A stretch of DNA of 64,000 nucleotides from positions 1,136 through 65,135 of the forward strand of contig CAYQEE010000010.1 of assembly GCA_964416445.1 (NCBI GenBank). The letters run 5' to 3'. Both the position numbers and the translations under genes were made by a program. Positions within the stretch are counted from its first letter, which is position 1. The number at the start of each line of letters is the position of its first letter. Under the pieces are notes generated by a model. It had not been told where the DNA came from. It did no database searches and was given only the letters and a program-made list of their open reading frames with translations. This DNA comes from an uncultured Gammaproteobacteria bacterium. Its GTDB lineage: Bacteria; Patescibacteriota; Microgenomatia; Levybacterales; UBA12049. This document shows positions 39,812 to 49,802 of the stretch, in pieces.

Positions 39812-39886
39812 TTATTTTACACGAAACAACCTCCCGGGTTGGGAAGTAAAGTAAAAATAAAACCAACTTTTATTTTGTAAATGCAT
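39812..39886 (-). CDS. Aromatic amino-acid attenuation leader peptide (24 aa: MHLQNKSWFYFYFTSQPGRLFRVK)
   Basis: A small ORF in the aroG leader with a run of UGG UUU UAU UUU UAC UUU (W F Y F Y F) immediately 5' of hairpin arm 1 (CUUCCC, 39846-39841). Its stop codon lies between the alternative hairpins. Confidence 0.55.
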   Translation of the reverse strand: MHLQNKSWFYFYFTSQPGRLFRVK

Positions 39887-39895
39887 AACTCGTTC

Positions 39896-39924
39896 ATCTT
39901 ACCAAGGATTAATTGCCTTGTCAA
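39896..39924 (-). promoter_or_regulatory. Sigma70-like promoter of the aro operon (TTGACA-17-TAAGAT)
   Basis: On the minus strand, -35 is the rc of 39919-39924 and -10 is the rc of 39896-39901, with a 17-nt spacer. The predicted start (~39889) is only ~3 nt upstream of the leader-peptide ATG. Confidence 0.4.
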
Positions 39925-40202
39925 GCAATTTGACTATACCTTATATATTTATGAAAGAGGATAAGCATGTTACAATATTTCTACGCCTGAATTACTTCAT
40001 TCTCCAGATCAAAACGTCTTCCCCTCCTTGATTATTCTTTCTCACATTCATTTGATAAGTATCGTGCTCGTATACTGAGAGATCCGAACTTTTTAAGCAA
40101 ATCACTTTTGGAGAAGGTTATTTTGCATAATTAACAGAAGTAGAAGAACAATTTTTTAACAATCTCTGGACATTTTAAATACAAAAATTATACGAAAATA
40201 TC

Positions 40203-40232
40203 TTGCTATTTAGGTTTTAATACGAGTATACT
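40203..40232 (+). promoter_or_regulatory. Putative promoter for the PBP1A gene (TTGCTA-18-TATACT)
   Basis: -10 TATACT ends 5 nt before the ATG, so the transcript would be leaderless or nearly so. Confidence 0.3.
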
Positions 40233-40237
40233 AAAGC

Positions 40238-42571
40238 ATGGGGTTCGAGAGTCGTCGGCAGCGCATGAGAGCACGAGGTAGCCGAATTGTTCTTCTTAGT
40301 CGGATCAGCACTTTCATCTTCTTCGGTTTGATCGCAATTATCGTGATTGTGCTTCTTGGTTTTATTTGGTATGGACGTGATTTGCCAACTCCTGGAAAAT
40401 TAATTCAATCGCAAGGGAATCAATCAACTCGTATTTATGATAGAAATGGTGTTCTTCTCTATTCCGTATTTGCAAATCAGAATAGAGTTTATGTCAATTT
40501 AGCGGATATTCCTAAAAATCTACAAAATGCAACCATTTCAATAGAAGATAAAGGATTTTATAGTAATGCTGGGTTTTCTCCCCTTAGTTATTTGCGTGTT
40601 CTTAAAGATATTATATTACATGGAAATGTCACGGGAGGTTCTGGTATAACCCAACAACTAGTAAAAAACACGTTAATCTCTTCAGAAAGAACACTTCCCC
40701 GAAAAATTAAAGAATTGATTCTTGCAATTCAGGTAAACAATAAATATACAAAGAATCAAATTCTTGAAATGTATCTCAATGATGTTTCTTATGGAGGTAA
40801 TGATATTGGTGTAGAAGCAGCAGCTGAAACTTACTTTGGTAAACATGTGAATCAGTTGGATTTAGCACAAAGTGCTTTTCTTGCTGGACTTCCCCAAGGA
40901 CCATCATTATATGATCCCTTTAACGGAAATAAATATTACTTAACTCGAAGCCAACAAGTTTTGGATAGTATGGTATCGGACGGTATCATTTCTCAAAAAC
41001 AGGATACGGATGCATATAATGAAATTAAAGGTTTCCAATTTGTTAATCATGATCAATCAATAAAAGCGCCACACTTTGTTATGTACGTCAAACAGCTTCT
41101 CCAAGATAAACTTGGCTTTTCACCGACAATGATTCAAAATGGTGGATTACAAGTTACGACAACACTTGATTATGATTTTCAACAGAAAGCAGAAACAATT
41201 GTAAAGTCAGAAATAGATAATTTAAAAATCTATAAAGTGAGCAATGGTGCTGCAATTGTAACTGATCCGAAAACGGGTGAAGTGCTCACTATGGTAGGAA
41301 GTAAAGACTATTTTGATCAATCGATTGATGGTGAATACAATGATGCACTGGCAAATCGTCAACCAGGGTCATCATTAAAGCCGATCATGTATTCAGTCGC
41401 TTTTGAAAAAGGATATACCCCTGCAACTATGGTCATGGATGTCCAAACAGATTTTCCAACGAATGATCCCAAAACTCCAATATATACGCCAGTAAATTAT
41501 TCAGGTAAGTTCCAAGGACCAATTCAATTGCGATTTGCTCTGGGAAATTCGTTAAATATTCCCGCCGTTAAAATGCTTGCGAGAGTAGGTATTAAAGATG
41601 TTATGCAGAAAGCTTATGATATGGGAATTCAAAATTGGCAACCTACTCCACAAAATTTATCAAGTGTTGGCTTATCATTAGTTCTTGGAGGTCGAGAAAC
41701 AACACTTCTTGATGAAACGACTGCTTACGGTGTTTTTGCAAATGGAGGAGTCCGTCAAGATCCGATCTTTATACTGAAAGTTACCGATAGTAAAGGAAAT
41801 ATACTTTATCAAGCGCATCCTTCACAAGGGTCACGTGTATTATCACCAGAAGTTTCTTTTCTTATCTCTCATATTTTGTTAGATAATAATGCTCGTATTA
41901 TGGATTTTGGTCCAAATTCCTGGCTTGTTGTTCCAGGAAAAACAGTTTCTGTCAAAACAGGAACAACAGATAATAAGAAAGATAACTGGACAATGGGATA
42001 TACTCCATCCTATGTTGTAGGTGTTTGGGTAGGAAATAATGATGATACGCCTATGAATCAAGCTATCTCTTCAGGAGTAACTGGAGCATCCCCAATTTGG
42101 GAGAAAATTATGTCGGCAATATTGAAAGGGAAACCAGATGAAGCTCCTCAAAAACCTGATGATGTGAATGCCCTTACCATTGACTCAATTGGAGGTGGAT
42201 TACCTGTCTCTGGGCAACCTACGCGATCAGAATACTTTATTAAAGGCACAGAACCAACCGGTCCTTCTGCCATTTATCAAAATTTAAAGCTTTCGAAACA
42301 TGATCATGGGAAGTTAGCAAGCCCGTGGGAAGTAGCTAATAATCAATTTGATACTGGTGCATATATTGTCTTTCATGAAGATGATCCAGTCTCAACTGAT
42401 GGCCAAAATCGATGGCAAGCAGGAATTAATTCTTGGCTTCAGACGAACTATCAAGGTCAAGACCAATATCATCCGCCAACAGATACGTCCAGTTATTCTG
42501 AAGGTGGAGGTACACAACCTACTGCTACACCCACCCCAACGCAAACACCGACGCCGACCTCAAGCCAATAG
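40238..42571 (+). CDS. Bifunctional penicillin-binding protein 1A (GT51 transglycosylase + transpeptidase) with C-terminal Pro/Thr-rich tail
   Basis: N-terminal TM. GT51 motifs (EDKGFY, GGSGITQQLVKN). TP motifs (SxxK region, SGN-like, KTGTT). C-terminal TQPTATPTPTQTPTPTSSQ. 777 aa. Confidence 0.85.
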   Translation: MGFESRRQRMRARGSRIVLLSRISTFIFFGLIAIIVIVLLGFIWYGRDLPTPGKLIQSQGNQSTRIYDRNGVLLYSVFANQNRVYVNLADIPKNLQNATISIEDKGFYSNAGFSPLSYLRVLKDIILHGNVTGGSGITQQLVKNTLISSERTLPRKIKELILAIQVNNKYTKNQILEMYLNDVSYGGNDIGVEAAAETYFGKHVNQLDLAQSAFLAGLPQGPSLYDPFNGNKYYLTRSQQVLDSMVSDGIISQKQDTDAYNEIKGFQFVNHDQSIKAPHFVMYVKQLLQDKLGFSPTMIQNGGLQVTTTLDYDFQQKAETIVKSEIDNLKIYKVSNGAAIVTDPKTGEVLTMVGSKDYFDQSIDGEYNDALANRQPGSSLKPIMYSVAFEKGYTPATMVMDVQTDFPTNDPKTPIYTPVNYSGKFQGPIQLRFALGNSLNIPAVKMLARVGIKDVMQKAYDMGIQNWQPTPQNLSSVGLSLVLGGRETTLLDETTAYGVFANGGVRQDPIFILKVTDSKGNILYQAHPSQGSRVLSPEVSFLISHILLDNNARIMDFGPNSWLVVPGKTVSVKTGTTDNKKDNWTMGYTPSYVVGVWVGNNDDTPMNQAISSGVTGASPIWEKIMSAILKGKPDEAPQKPDDVNALTIDSIGGGLPVSGQPTRSEYFIKGTEPTGPSAIYQNLKLSKHDHGKLASPWEVANNQFDTGAYIVFHEDDPVSTDGQNRWQAGINSWLQTNYQGQDQYHPPTDTSSYSEGGGTQPTATPTPTQTPTPTSSQ

Positions 42572-42601
42572 TATATCAATGGAAAAATAAAGATTTTTTA
42601 C

Positions 42602-44563
42602 TTAAGATTTAACGCGAGCTTGAAATGTTTGAGAAACTGATGTAATTATTTTTTCTCGTATTGACTCTATTTCAAGATCAGTTAAATTTTGATTCTGATT
42701 TTGATAGATAATATGGAAGGTTCGTGAATTCTCAAATTGATCAAGCAAGTCTACTGATGTTATCAAATCACTTTGTTTTTTAATTTCCTTAATAATGTCT
42801 CCTGTTTTTACACTGGGGTCAATAATAAGAGCGAGATCTTCAATGACAGGAGGAAATTTGGGAATAGGAGTAAAGACTTTCTTTAAAGTTGAGTGCTTTT
42901 GAAAAATAACAAAATTTAATTCAAAGGAAACCATATTACTTTCAAGTACTTCTATATTTCCCAGAAAATCGTTTCCGATATAAATATCAGCTCCAACTCC
43001 CCCTTTTGTTAAATCTTTAAATTGCAGATTTTGTATACCACAATCTTTTGCTAATTGTTCAACGATTCCTTTCAAATGGTAAAAAGATATTCCATCTTGT
43101 TTCCATAGAGCTGCAAAAGTAAGTACTTCATTTGGTAAATCAAACTGTTTTTTATGATAAACATTTGCGATTTCAAATAACTTAATTTTCTCTTTTCCTG
43201 CATTTTCACGAGCGACCTCAAGCAAACTTGGGAGTACGGTTTTTCTCATATAGATATGGTCGGTATCAAGAGGGTTATCAATAATTACTGCTTCCTCTAA
43301 TGGTCCTTCATATAGTTTCTCTGAAACCATAGAATATGTATAGGTTTCGTTAAAACCCCAATATTTCATTGCATCTTTCACTCTGTCCTCCCAAAAAAAC
43401 TGATTCGTTTCTTGATGAAACGGTGTTGCAATGGTAAAAGAAGGAAGTTCACTTGGAATATTATGATATCCAAATACTCTAGCGATTTCTTCAATAACAT
43501 CTTCTTCAATTGTAATATCTTTGTTTCTCCAGGAAGGTACACTAACTTCGAGCGTATCTTTTAACTCTTTGATAGTAAATCCTAAGATTTGCAAAATATT
43601 GATCGATTGTTGGATGGGAATTGCAATTCCAATGACTTGACTAATTTTTGACTTAGTAACGGTAACAACTTTCGGTTTTAGTTTTTTTGGATAGATATCG
43701 AAAATATCTGAAATTACTTTTGCATTTGCATATTGTTGATATAATTCGATACCTCGTAATAATGCTGGCATAGCTAATTCTGGATCAACATCTTTTTCAT
43801 TAAGACCTGCAGCTTCCGTTCGAATTGCAAGTGACATTGAGGTTTTTCTTATTCTTTGCGGGTCGTTATTATCAATAAAAAATAATACTCGTTTTGTAGA
43901 ATTAGTAATTACACTATTCTCGGTTCCCATAACTCCAAGCAAATCGATTATTTCTCCTTCTCCATTATCTGCAACAATATCCCCTCCTAACAGAGTATGC
44001 TTCTTTTTATCTAACGTAACGATTGTTTCGCCTTTTTGAGAAGGACGAATAATGAGCTTTTTAGTAGTTAATCGATCGAAATCGAATGCATGAGTAGGAT
44101 GACCAATTTCATGCATAACATAATTAGTAATATCGATAAGGTTATTCAATGATCGTGTACCAGATGCTTCTAGCCGGTCCTTCATAAATTGGGGGGATTC
44201 ATGCATCTCAACTTCTAATATAACTGCACAAACTCGTCTGACTAACGTGTCATCGTTTTTAATATCTATTTGCTCTTTTTGTAGTGATGTATTGTGTGGT
44301 TTAACCGCTTGCGCAGGAATAAATGTTGCTGGTATTTCAAAACGAGGCAAAACTGCTGCAGCTTCGCGAGCTAGTCCAATGATAGAAGCCATATCTGGCC
44401 TATTCGTTGTTACTTCTACATGATAAATAAAATCATGAGAATTCCATGGTTCTATTTGTTCAATTGATGCGCTTGTTAATGAAAGAGCTTTCGCTATCTC
44501 ATTGGGCTTTGCTTCAGTTTTCAGATGGTCTCGCAACCAACTATCAAGTATTTTAATATCCAT
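42602..44563 (-). CDS. pheT: Phenylalanyl-tRNA synthetase beta subunit (short form)
   Basis: B3/4 and B5 domains with a class II-like C-terminal core. 653 aa versus ~800 in typical bacteria, lacking the N-terminal tRNA-binding domain. Follows pheS. Confidence 0.8.
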   Translation of the reverse strand: MDIKILDSWLRDHLKTEAKPNEIAKALSLTSASIEQIEPWNSHDFIYHVEVTTNRPDMASIIGLAREAAAVLPRFEIPATFIPAQAVKPHNTSLQKEQIDIKNDDTLVRRVCAVILEVEMHESPQFMKDRLEASGTRSLNNLIDITNYVMHEIGHPTHAFDFDRLTTKKLIIRPSQKGETIVTLDKKKHTLLGGDIVADNGEGEIIDLLGVMGTENSVITNSTKRVLFFIDNNDPQRIRKTSMSLAIRTEAAGLNEKDVDPELAMPALLRGIELYQQYANAKVISDIFDIYPKKLKPKVVTVTKSKISQVIGIAIPIQQSINILQILGFTIKELKDTLEVSVPSWRNKDITIEEDVIEEIARVFGYHNIPSELPSFTIATPFHQETNQFFWEDRVKDAMKYWGFNETYTYSMVSEKLYEGPLEEAVIIDNPLDTDHIYMRKTVLPSLLEVARENAGKEKIKLFEIANVYHKKQFDLPNEVLTFAALWKQDGISFYHLKGIVEQLAKDCGIQNLQFKDLTKGGVGADIYIGNDFLGNIEVLESNMVSFELNFVIFQKHSTLKKVFTPIPKFPPVIEDLALIIDPSVKTGDIIKEIKKQSDLITSVDLLDQFENSRTFHIIYQNQNQNLTDLEIESIREKIITSVSQTFQARVKS

Positions 44564-44565
44564 AA

Positions 44566-45600
44566 TTAAAATTGTTCAAGAAAATCTAGCTTATTTGAAT
44601 ATAAAAGCCGTAAATCATCAATTTCTATTCCTTCTTTCATCATTAAAACACGTTCAACCCCCCAACCAAAAGCGAAACCAGTATATTTTTTGGGATCTAT
44701 ACCACCACTCTTCAAAACATTTGGATGAACCATACCAGCTCCGCCAAGCTCTAACCATCCAGCTTTACATAATTTACATCCTTTTCCTAAACACACGCCA
44801 CAGGTAACGTCGACTTCAAATGATGGCTCCGTAAATTGGAAATGGTAAGGACGGATTCGTGATATCCTCTCTTCTCCAAAATACGAACGAACAAAATAGT
44901 CGAGAACCCCTTTAAGATGTACAATTGAAATATTTTCGCCAACAACCAGTCCTTCAAATTGATGAAACATCTGTGTATGTGAAACATCCGCTTGTCGACG
45001 GTAACATTTTGCAATATTAAGCATTCTAATTGGCAATCCGGCCTTTTCCATTTCCCGAACTTGGCCTGATGAGGTATGGGGAGTTAAAATTATTTTTCCT
45101 TTATTTTTATGGGGCTTTTCTGTGATGAAGAAAGTTTCCCAATCATCTCGTGCGGGATGATTTTCAGGAAAATTGAGTGCGCTAAATGCATACCAATCCC
45201 ATTCAACTTCCGGATAACGAACTCGAGTAAACCCTATTTTTTCAAAAATAGAGGTAATCTCCCGGATTGCTTGAGTAATAAGATGAAGATGCCCTAATGG
45301 TGGTAGTATTCCCGGATTGGTTATATCTAAATATGATTTTGCGGTTTTACGTATCTTTTCTTTTAGTGAACGGATTCTTTCTGCTAATGCGTCTTCTATA
45401 GCATTTTTAATTTCATTTGCAAATTTACCTGCCGCAGGACGATTTTGAATGGGTATATTTGGTATTTCTTTTAATGCACGTGTCAATTTGCCATTTCGAC
45501 CTAAAAATTGAATCCGTATCTCCTCAAGAGATTGAGGAGTATCAGCTCCTAAGATGAGAGATAATGCTTCATTTTTGATTTGAATTAATAATTCTTCCAT
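44566..45600 (-). CDS. pheS: Phenylalanyl-tRNA synthetase alpha subunit
   Basis: Class II motifs (FRxE, GLGxERxxM-like GFAFGWGVERVLM). Start trimmed to the ATG at 45600 (MEELLIQIKNE). Confidence 0.85.
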   Translation of the reverse strand: MEELLIQIKNEALSLILGADTPQSLEEIRIQFLGRNGKLTRALKEIPNIPIQNRPAAGKFANEIKNAIEDALAERIRSLKEKIRKTAKSYLDITNPGILPPLGHLHLITQAIREITSIFEKIGFTRVRYPEVEWDWYAFSALNFPENHPARDDWETFFITEKPHKNKGKIILTPHTSSGQVREMEKAGLPIRMLNIAKCYRRQADVSHTQMFHQFEGLVVGENISIVHLKGVLDYFVRSYFGEERISRIRPYHFQFTEPSFEVDVTCGVCLGKGCKLCKAGWLELGGAGMVHPNVLKSGGIDPKKYTGFAFGWGVERVLMMKEGIEIDDLRLLYSNKLDFLEQF

Positions 45601-45679
45601 TATAGCTATTGTACCATGATAAAATATGGCATCAGAATTATATCTAAGGAGACTAGCAAAAAGCAATGGGAGCAAGAGC

Positions 45680-46027
45680 TTAAACTTTTTTAACGGTATT
45701 GATTAATGCAGTAAATGTTTCTGGGTCATGAGTAACTAAATCACTAAGAATTTTTCTATCAAGAGTAATATTAGCCTTTTTGAGTTTATTCATAAAGACA
45801 CTATATGAAAGATCATGAGCTTTCACTGCACCAGAAATACGTGTAATCCAAAGTGCTCTGAAGTCTCGCTTTTTATTTTTTCTTCCTTGAATCGCATATT
45901 GACCAGCTTGCAATACTGCTGTTTTAGCTGTTCGAATAAGCCTATTTCTTGAACCGCGATAGCCTTTTGCAAGATCAAAAATTTTATTATGTTTTCGTTT
46001 TGATGTTAATCCTCTTTTAACTCGCAT
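45680..46027 (-). CDS. rplT: 50S ribosomal protein L20
   Basis: MRVKRGLTSKRKHNKI... N-terminus typical of L20. 115 aa. Confidence 0.9.
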   Translation of the reverse strand: MRVKRGLTSKRKHNKIFDLAKGYRGSRNRLIRTAKTAVLQAGQYAIQGRKNKKRDFRALWITRISGAVKAHDLSYSVFMNKLKKANITLDRKILSDLVTHDPETFTALINTVKKV

Positions 46028-46030
46028 ATA

Positions 46031-46228
46031 TTATAAATATCCCAGCATTCTCTTGATTTTCTTAGAGAATCCTTTACTGAGAATTCCGGGTTCCTTTCCT
46101 CGTCGATTTCTACTATTTGACCGGTATGCCTTATGATGCCCTTGGTTTTGGTGAGCATACATAACTTTACCTGTTTTAGTAACTTTAAATCGTCTTTGAA
46201 CCGATCTTCTAATTTTCTTCTTTGGCAT
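46031..46228 (-). CDS. rpmI: 50S ribosomal protein L35
   Basis: MPKKKIRRSVQRRFKVTKTGKV. 65 aa. Confidence 0.85.
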   Translation of the reverse strand: MPKKKIRRSVQRRFKVTKTGKVMYAHQNQGHHKAYRSNSRNRRGKEPGILSKGFSKKIKRMLGYL

Positions 46229-46772
46229 GTTTTGATTTCCTTTCTGGAGATAACAAAGTTATCAGTTGTTTTCCTTCAAACTTTGGATCTCTATCTATCT
46301 TTGATATATCATTTAATGCTTCGGTTACTTTTTGAATAATTTGTTGTCCAAATTGAGGATGAATTATTTCTCTTCCTTTAAACTTGACAACTAATCTCAC
46401 TTTATCGCCATCTTCTAAAAAACCTTTCGCTCGTCCAATCATGACCTGTAAATCATTATCACTCATGTGTGGACCAAAGCGAACTTCTTTAGTTCCCGAA
46501 ACTTTTGCTTTTCGCTTTTCTTCTTGTTTCTTCTTTTCTTGTTGATACAAGAATTTTTTAAAGTCTATAATTTTTGCCACAGGCGGCTGTGCCATTGGGG
46601 CAATTTCTACCAAATCCATCTCTAATTCTCTTGCTTTTGCTAAGGCTTCATCTCTTGATAATAACCCAATTTGCTTTCCTTCTGTATCTAAAACACGCAA
46701 TTGAGCAGCCCAAATACGCTCATTGATACGATAGTGTCTTGATGTATCTTGTCTATGAAACCTTTTGTTCAA
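46209..46772 (-). CDS. infC: Translation initiation factor IF-3
   Basis: INERIWAAQLRVLDTEGKQIGLLSRDEALAKARELEMDLVEI matches the IF3 N-domain. The start is uncertain because IF3 often uses a non-AUG start. Overlaps the thrS end. Confidence 0.75.
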   Translation of the reverse strand: MNKRFHRQDTSRHYRINERIWAAQLRVLDTEGKQIGLLSRDEALAKARELEMDLVEIAPMAQPPVAKIIDFKKFLYQQEKKKQEEKRKAKVSGTKEVRFGPHMSDNDLQVMIGRAKGFLEDGDKVRLVVKFKGREIIHPQFGQQIIQKVTEALNDISKIDRDPKFEGKQLITLLSPERKSKHAKEEN

Positions 46773-48510
46773 TTTTTTCTTTTAAAAATAATACAAACGC
46801 GTCTATTCCCATTTGTCCTAGGTCTTTTCCATCTCGAGTTCTTAGAGAAACTGACTTCGTTTGTAACTCCTTGTCCCCTATTATACCCATAAATGGTATT
46901 TTTTGTAAAGTAGCGGTGCGTATTTTAGCCTGTAATCTCTCAGAATTAGCCTCAACTATGGTACGTATATTATGGTGTTTCAGTGTATTCTCAATGGTTT
47001 GCGCGTACGAATTATGTCTATCAGCTATAGGCAAAAGAGCTACTTGAATCGGAGCAATCCATAATGGAAAAGCACCTGCAGTATGTTCAATATAAACTGA
47101 TAAAAATCTTTCTATAGAACCCATAAGAGCATAGTGAACCATTACTGGAGTTTGTGCTTGTCCCGCTTCATCAGTATATGTTAGACCGAAACGTTTCGGT
47201 TGCACAAAGTCAAGTTGAGGTGTCGCTAATTGCCATTCTCTTCCCAACGCATCTATAACCATAAAATCAATTTTCGGTCCATAAAATGCTGCTTCACCTT
47301 CTACGATGTAATAATCTAATTTCTCTTCTTGAGCAATTTTTAAAATTATCTCTTGCGCTTTTTCCCAGAGATTTTCCTCACCTAAATATTTTTCAGGTGT
47401 TTGGGGATCTCGAAAAGAAAGACGTGCACGATACGTCATCTGTAAAGTGTCATAAAATTTTCTCGTTATCGTAATTAACATTTTATAGACTTCTTCAATT
47501 TGTTCAGGGGTACAGAATGTGTGACTATCATCTTGAGTAGCAGAACGGACTCGGGATAGTCCTAAAAGTTCGCCAGCTTTTTCATCACGATAGATAGTTG
47601 TCGTTTCAAGATATTTTATTGGTAAATCTCGATAACTTCGAGGACGAGAAGCATAAATTTGTTGATGATGAGGGCAATTCATTGGTTTCATAACCATTTC
47701 ATCGCTTGTCTCTTGACTTTTTACGATAAAAAGTTCTTTGCCAAATTTTGCCCAATGTCCACTCGTTTCATATAATTCCTTTTTCGTAATATGAGGAATC
47801 CAGACTTTCTGAAAACCCTGATCTATTCTCAATTTTTGCGAAAAATCGTTTAATATATCTCTAAGGAGAGTTCCTTTAGGAGTGAAAAGAGGTAATCCTT
47901 TTCCGACCAGGTCAGAAAATAAAAAGAGATCGAGTTCTTTACCCAATTTCCTATGATCTCTTTTTTCTGCTTCTTCAAGCATATGGAGATACGCATGCAA
48001 GTCATCCTTACTTGTAAACGCGGTGCCATAAATTCTTGTTAACATAGTATTTTTTTCATTACCTCTCCAATAAGCGCCCGCAAGCTTTAACAATTTAAAA
48101 TATTTGAGTTGTTCTTTTGGATTTGCAATATGACCACCTTTACATAAATCCCAATAATTCCCTGATCTGTAAAAAGTAACTTTTTCACCATTTTGCGTAA
48201 ATTCTTCGATAAGTTCCTTTTTATATGGATTATCTTTAAATTCTGCTAACGCTTCATCTTTTGTTAATTCATATTTCTCAAATGACTGCCATTGTTTTGC
48301 AATCTCATGCATCTTTTGTTCTATTTTGGGAAAATCTTTTTCTGAGATAGGAGTTGAGAATTCAAAATCGAAATAAAACCCATTATCTATTGCTGGACCA
48401 ATTGTCCGTTTTGTGTCAGGCCATAGTTCCATAACAGCAGCTGCAAGAAGATGAGCTGTAGAATGACGTAAATGAGCGTTTATTTCCTTAGCGGTTGCCT
48501 CGTTTTTCAT
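46753..48510 (-). CDS. thrS: Threonyl-tRNA synthetase (N-terminally short)
   Basis: HxxxH editing-domain remnant (HLRHSTAHLLA), class II catalytic core, C-terminal anticodon-binding domain. 585 aa, no TGS domain. Confidence 0.85.
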   Translation of the reverse strand: MKNEATAKEINAHLRHSTAHLLAAAVMELWPDTKRTIGPAIDNGFYFDFEFSTPISEKDFPKIEQKMHEIAKQWQSFEKYELTKDEALAEFKDNPYKKELIEEFTQNGEKVTFYRSGNYWDLCKGGHIANPKEQLKYFKLLKLAGAYWRGNEKNTMLTRIYGTAFTSKDDLHAYLHMLEEAEKRDHRKLGKELDLFLFSDLVGKGLPLFTPKGTLLRDILNDFSQKLRIDQGFQKVWIPHITKKELYETSGHWAKFGKELFIVKSQETSDEMVMKPMNCPHHQQIYASRPRSYRDLPIKYLETTTIYRDEKAGELLGLSRVRSATQDDSHTFCTPEQIEEVYKMLITITRKFYDTLQMTYRARLSFRDPQTPEKYLGEENLWEKAQEIILKIAQEEKLDYYIVEGEAAFYGPKIDFMVIDALGREWQLATPQLDFVQPKRFGLTYTDEAGQAQTPVMVHYALMGSIERFLSVYIEHTAGAFPLWIAPIQVALLPIADRHNSYAQTIENTLKHHNIRTIVEANSERLQAKIRTATLQKIPFMGIIGDKELQTKSVSLRTRDGKDLGQMGIDAFVLFLKEKIEQKVS

Positions 48511-48602
48511 ATGCTCACTATAACAAAAATCATTTGATAAATAAAGTATTTGAGTAGAGGCGTACTATAATCGGTGCTATCAGTAGTGAGACACTTTTAT
48601 GA

Positions 48603-49181
48603 TTACATTCCAAGAATATCGCTAATTCCTTGCATAGCAATAAGCGTAACTGTTATAAATTCTTCAAGTGAAATTCCTAATTTTGTTTCGCATAACTTAA
48701 TATTTTCCCGATCAACTCCTTTTGAGAATGATGGTGTATTAAATCGTTTCATAACAAATGGAGTATTAATAGATTTTAATTTTTTATCTGGATGAATGAG
48801 TGCTGATGAGACGATAAGCCCTGTTAGTTGATCAACACAAGTGATTCCCCAATCTAAATCAGACTTAGGGTGTACACCGGTTTTTGTATAATTATGTGAT
48901 TTGATAGCATGCGCCATAGGTTCAGGAATAATATCTGGGTTTCTTTCAAAAAGAAGTATTCCATGTTTATCTAATTTATCTTCCTTTTGTGCGACCTCAT
49001 AATCGATATCATGTAGTAAACCGGTAATGCCCCATATTTCTTCAGTTTGAGGATTATAATCCTTCTTGTGTAAATAGTTATAGATACCTTTCATACCTGC
49101 TTCAGCAGCAATACTATGTTTGATTAGATTTTTATTCGTGAGATATTCTGTGAGCAGTTGGTATGCTTCAGTTCGATTCAT
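48603..49181 (-). CDS. HD-domain phosphohydrolase
   Basis: H...HD motif (LLHDIDYE). 192 aa. Confidence 0.6.
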   Translation of the reverse strand: MNRTEAYQLLTEYLTNKNLIKHSIAAEAGMKGIYNYLHKKDYNPQTEEIWGITGLLHDIDYEVAQKEDKLDKHGILLFERNPDIIPEPMAHAIKSHNYTKTGVHPKSDLDWGITCVDQLTGLIVSSALIHPDKKLKSINTPFVMKRFNTPSFSKGVDRENIKLCETKLGISLEEFITVTLIAMQGISDILGM

Positions 49182-49253
49182 ATGAGTTGATTATATAGTA
49201 ATCATAGGGTGCAAGCAAATAATGTTCATCGTAAAATGTATCATATTCTATTT

Positions 49254-49802
49254 CTAAGATAGTTTTTTAACAATTTCAAGAAGTAATGGAAATTGACTAT
49301 AACCAGAATCAGTATTGAGGTGTCCTCCTTGATGAATAATGTAAGGAGTAATCTGCAACTGTTGTGAAAGTTTTTGCAATGTTTGTTGTGGAACAAATGG
49401 GTCATTATCACCATAAATAACTGAGAAATATTCTGCGTTATGTTTAATTTTATTAAAGTTAATTTTTTTTCCTTTCATGAAATAATTATTTAACGGGCTT
49501 CCGTAATCTTCAGCAAAACCTGATACGGAAATCAACGCTTTTACTTTTGTTTTACTTATTTCAATAAAGTCGAGTGCTGATGCCACTCCGAGAGAATGGG
49601 CTATGATAATTAATTCATTCGTTGGAATATGATTAACTACATGTTCTATTGTAGTTAACCAAACTTGCCTACTTGGGTGATCTGCCTGAGGTAATGTCGG
49701 CATGATAACTGAATTCCCCATTTTTTCAAGCGAGTCATGTAACCATTGTTGCCAATGTATTCCCGCATATCCATCGATACCATGGAGAATTAGGATTGTC
49801 AT
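49254..49802 (-). CDS. Alpha/beta-fold serine hydrolase (YdeN/RBBP9-like)
   Basis: ILILHG start. Nucleophile elbow AHSLG. 182 aa. Confidence 0.6.
   Translation of the reverse strand: MTILILHGIDGYAGIHWQQWLHDSLEKMGNSVIMPTLPQADHPSRQVWLTTIEHVVNHIPTNELIIIAHSLGVASALDFIEISKTKVKALISVSGFAEDYGSPLNNYFMKGKKINFNKIKHNAEYFSVIYGDNDPFVPQQTLQKLSQQLQITPYIIHQGGHLNTDSGYSQFPLLLEIVKKLS

Noticed and set aside
39526-39849. 107-aa ORF on the plus strand
   Set aside because: Antisense to aroG, the attenuator and the terminator. Regarded as spurious.
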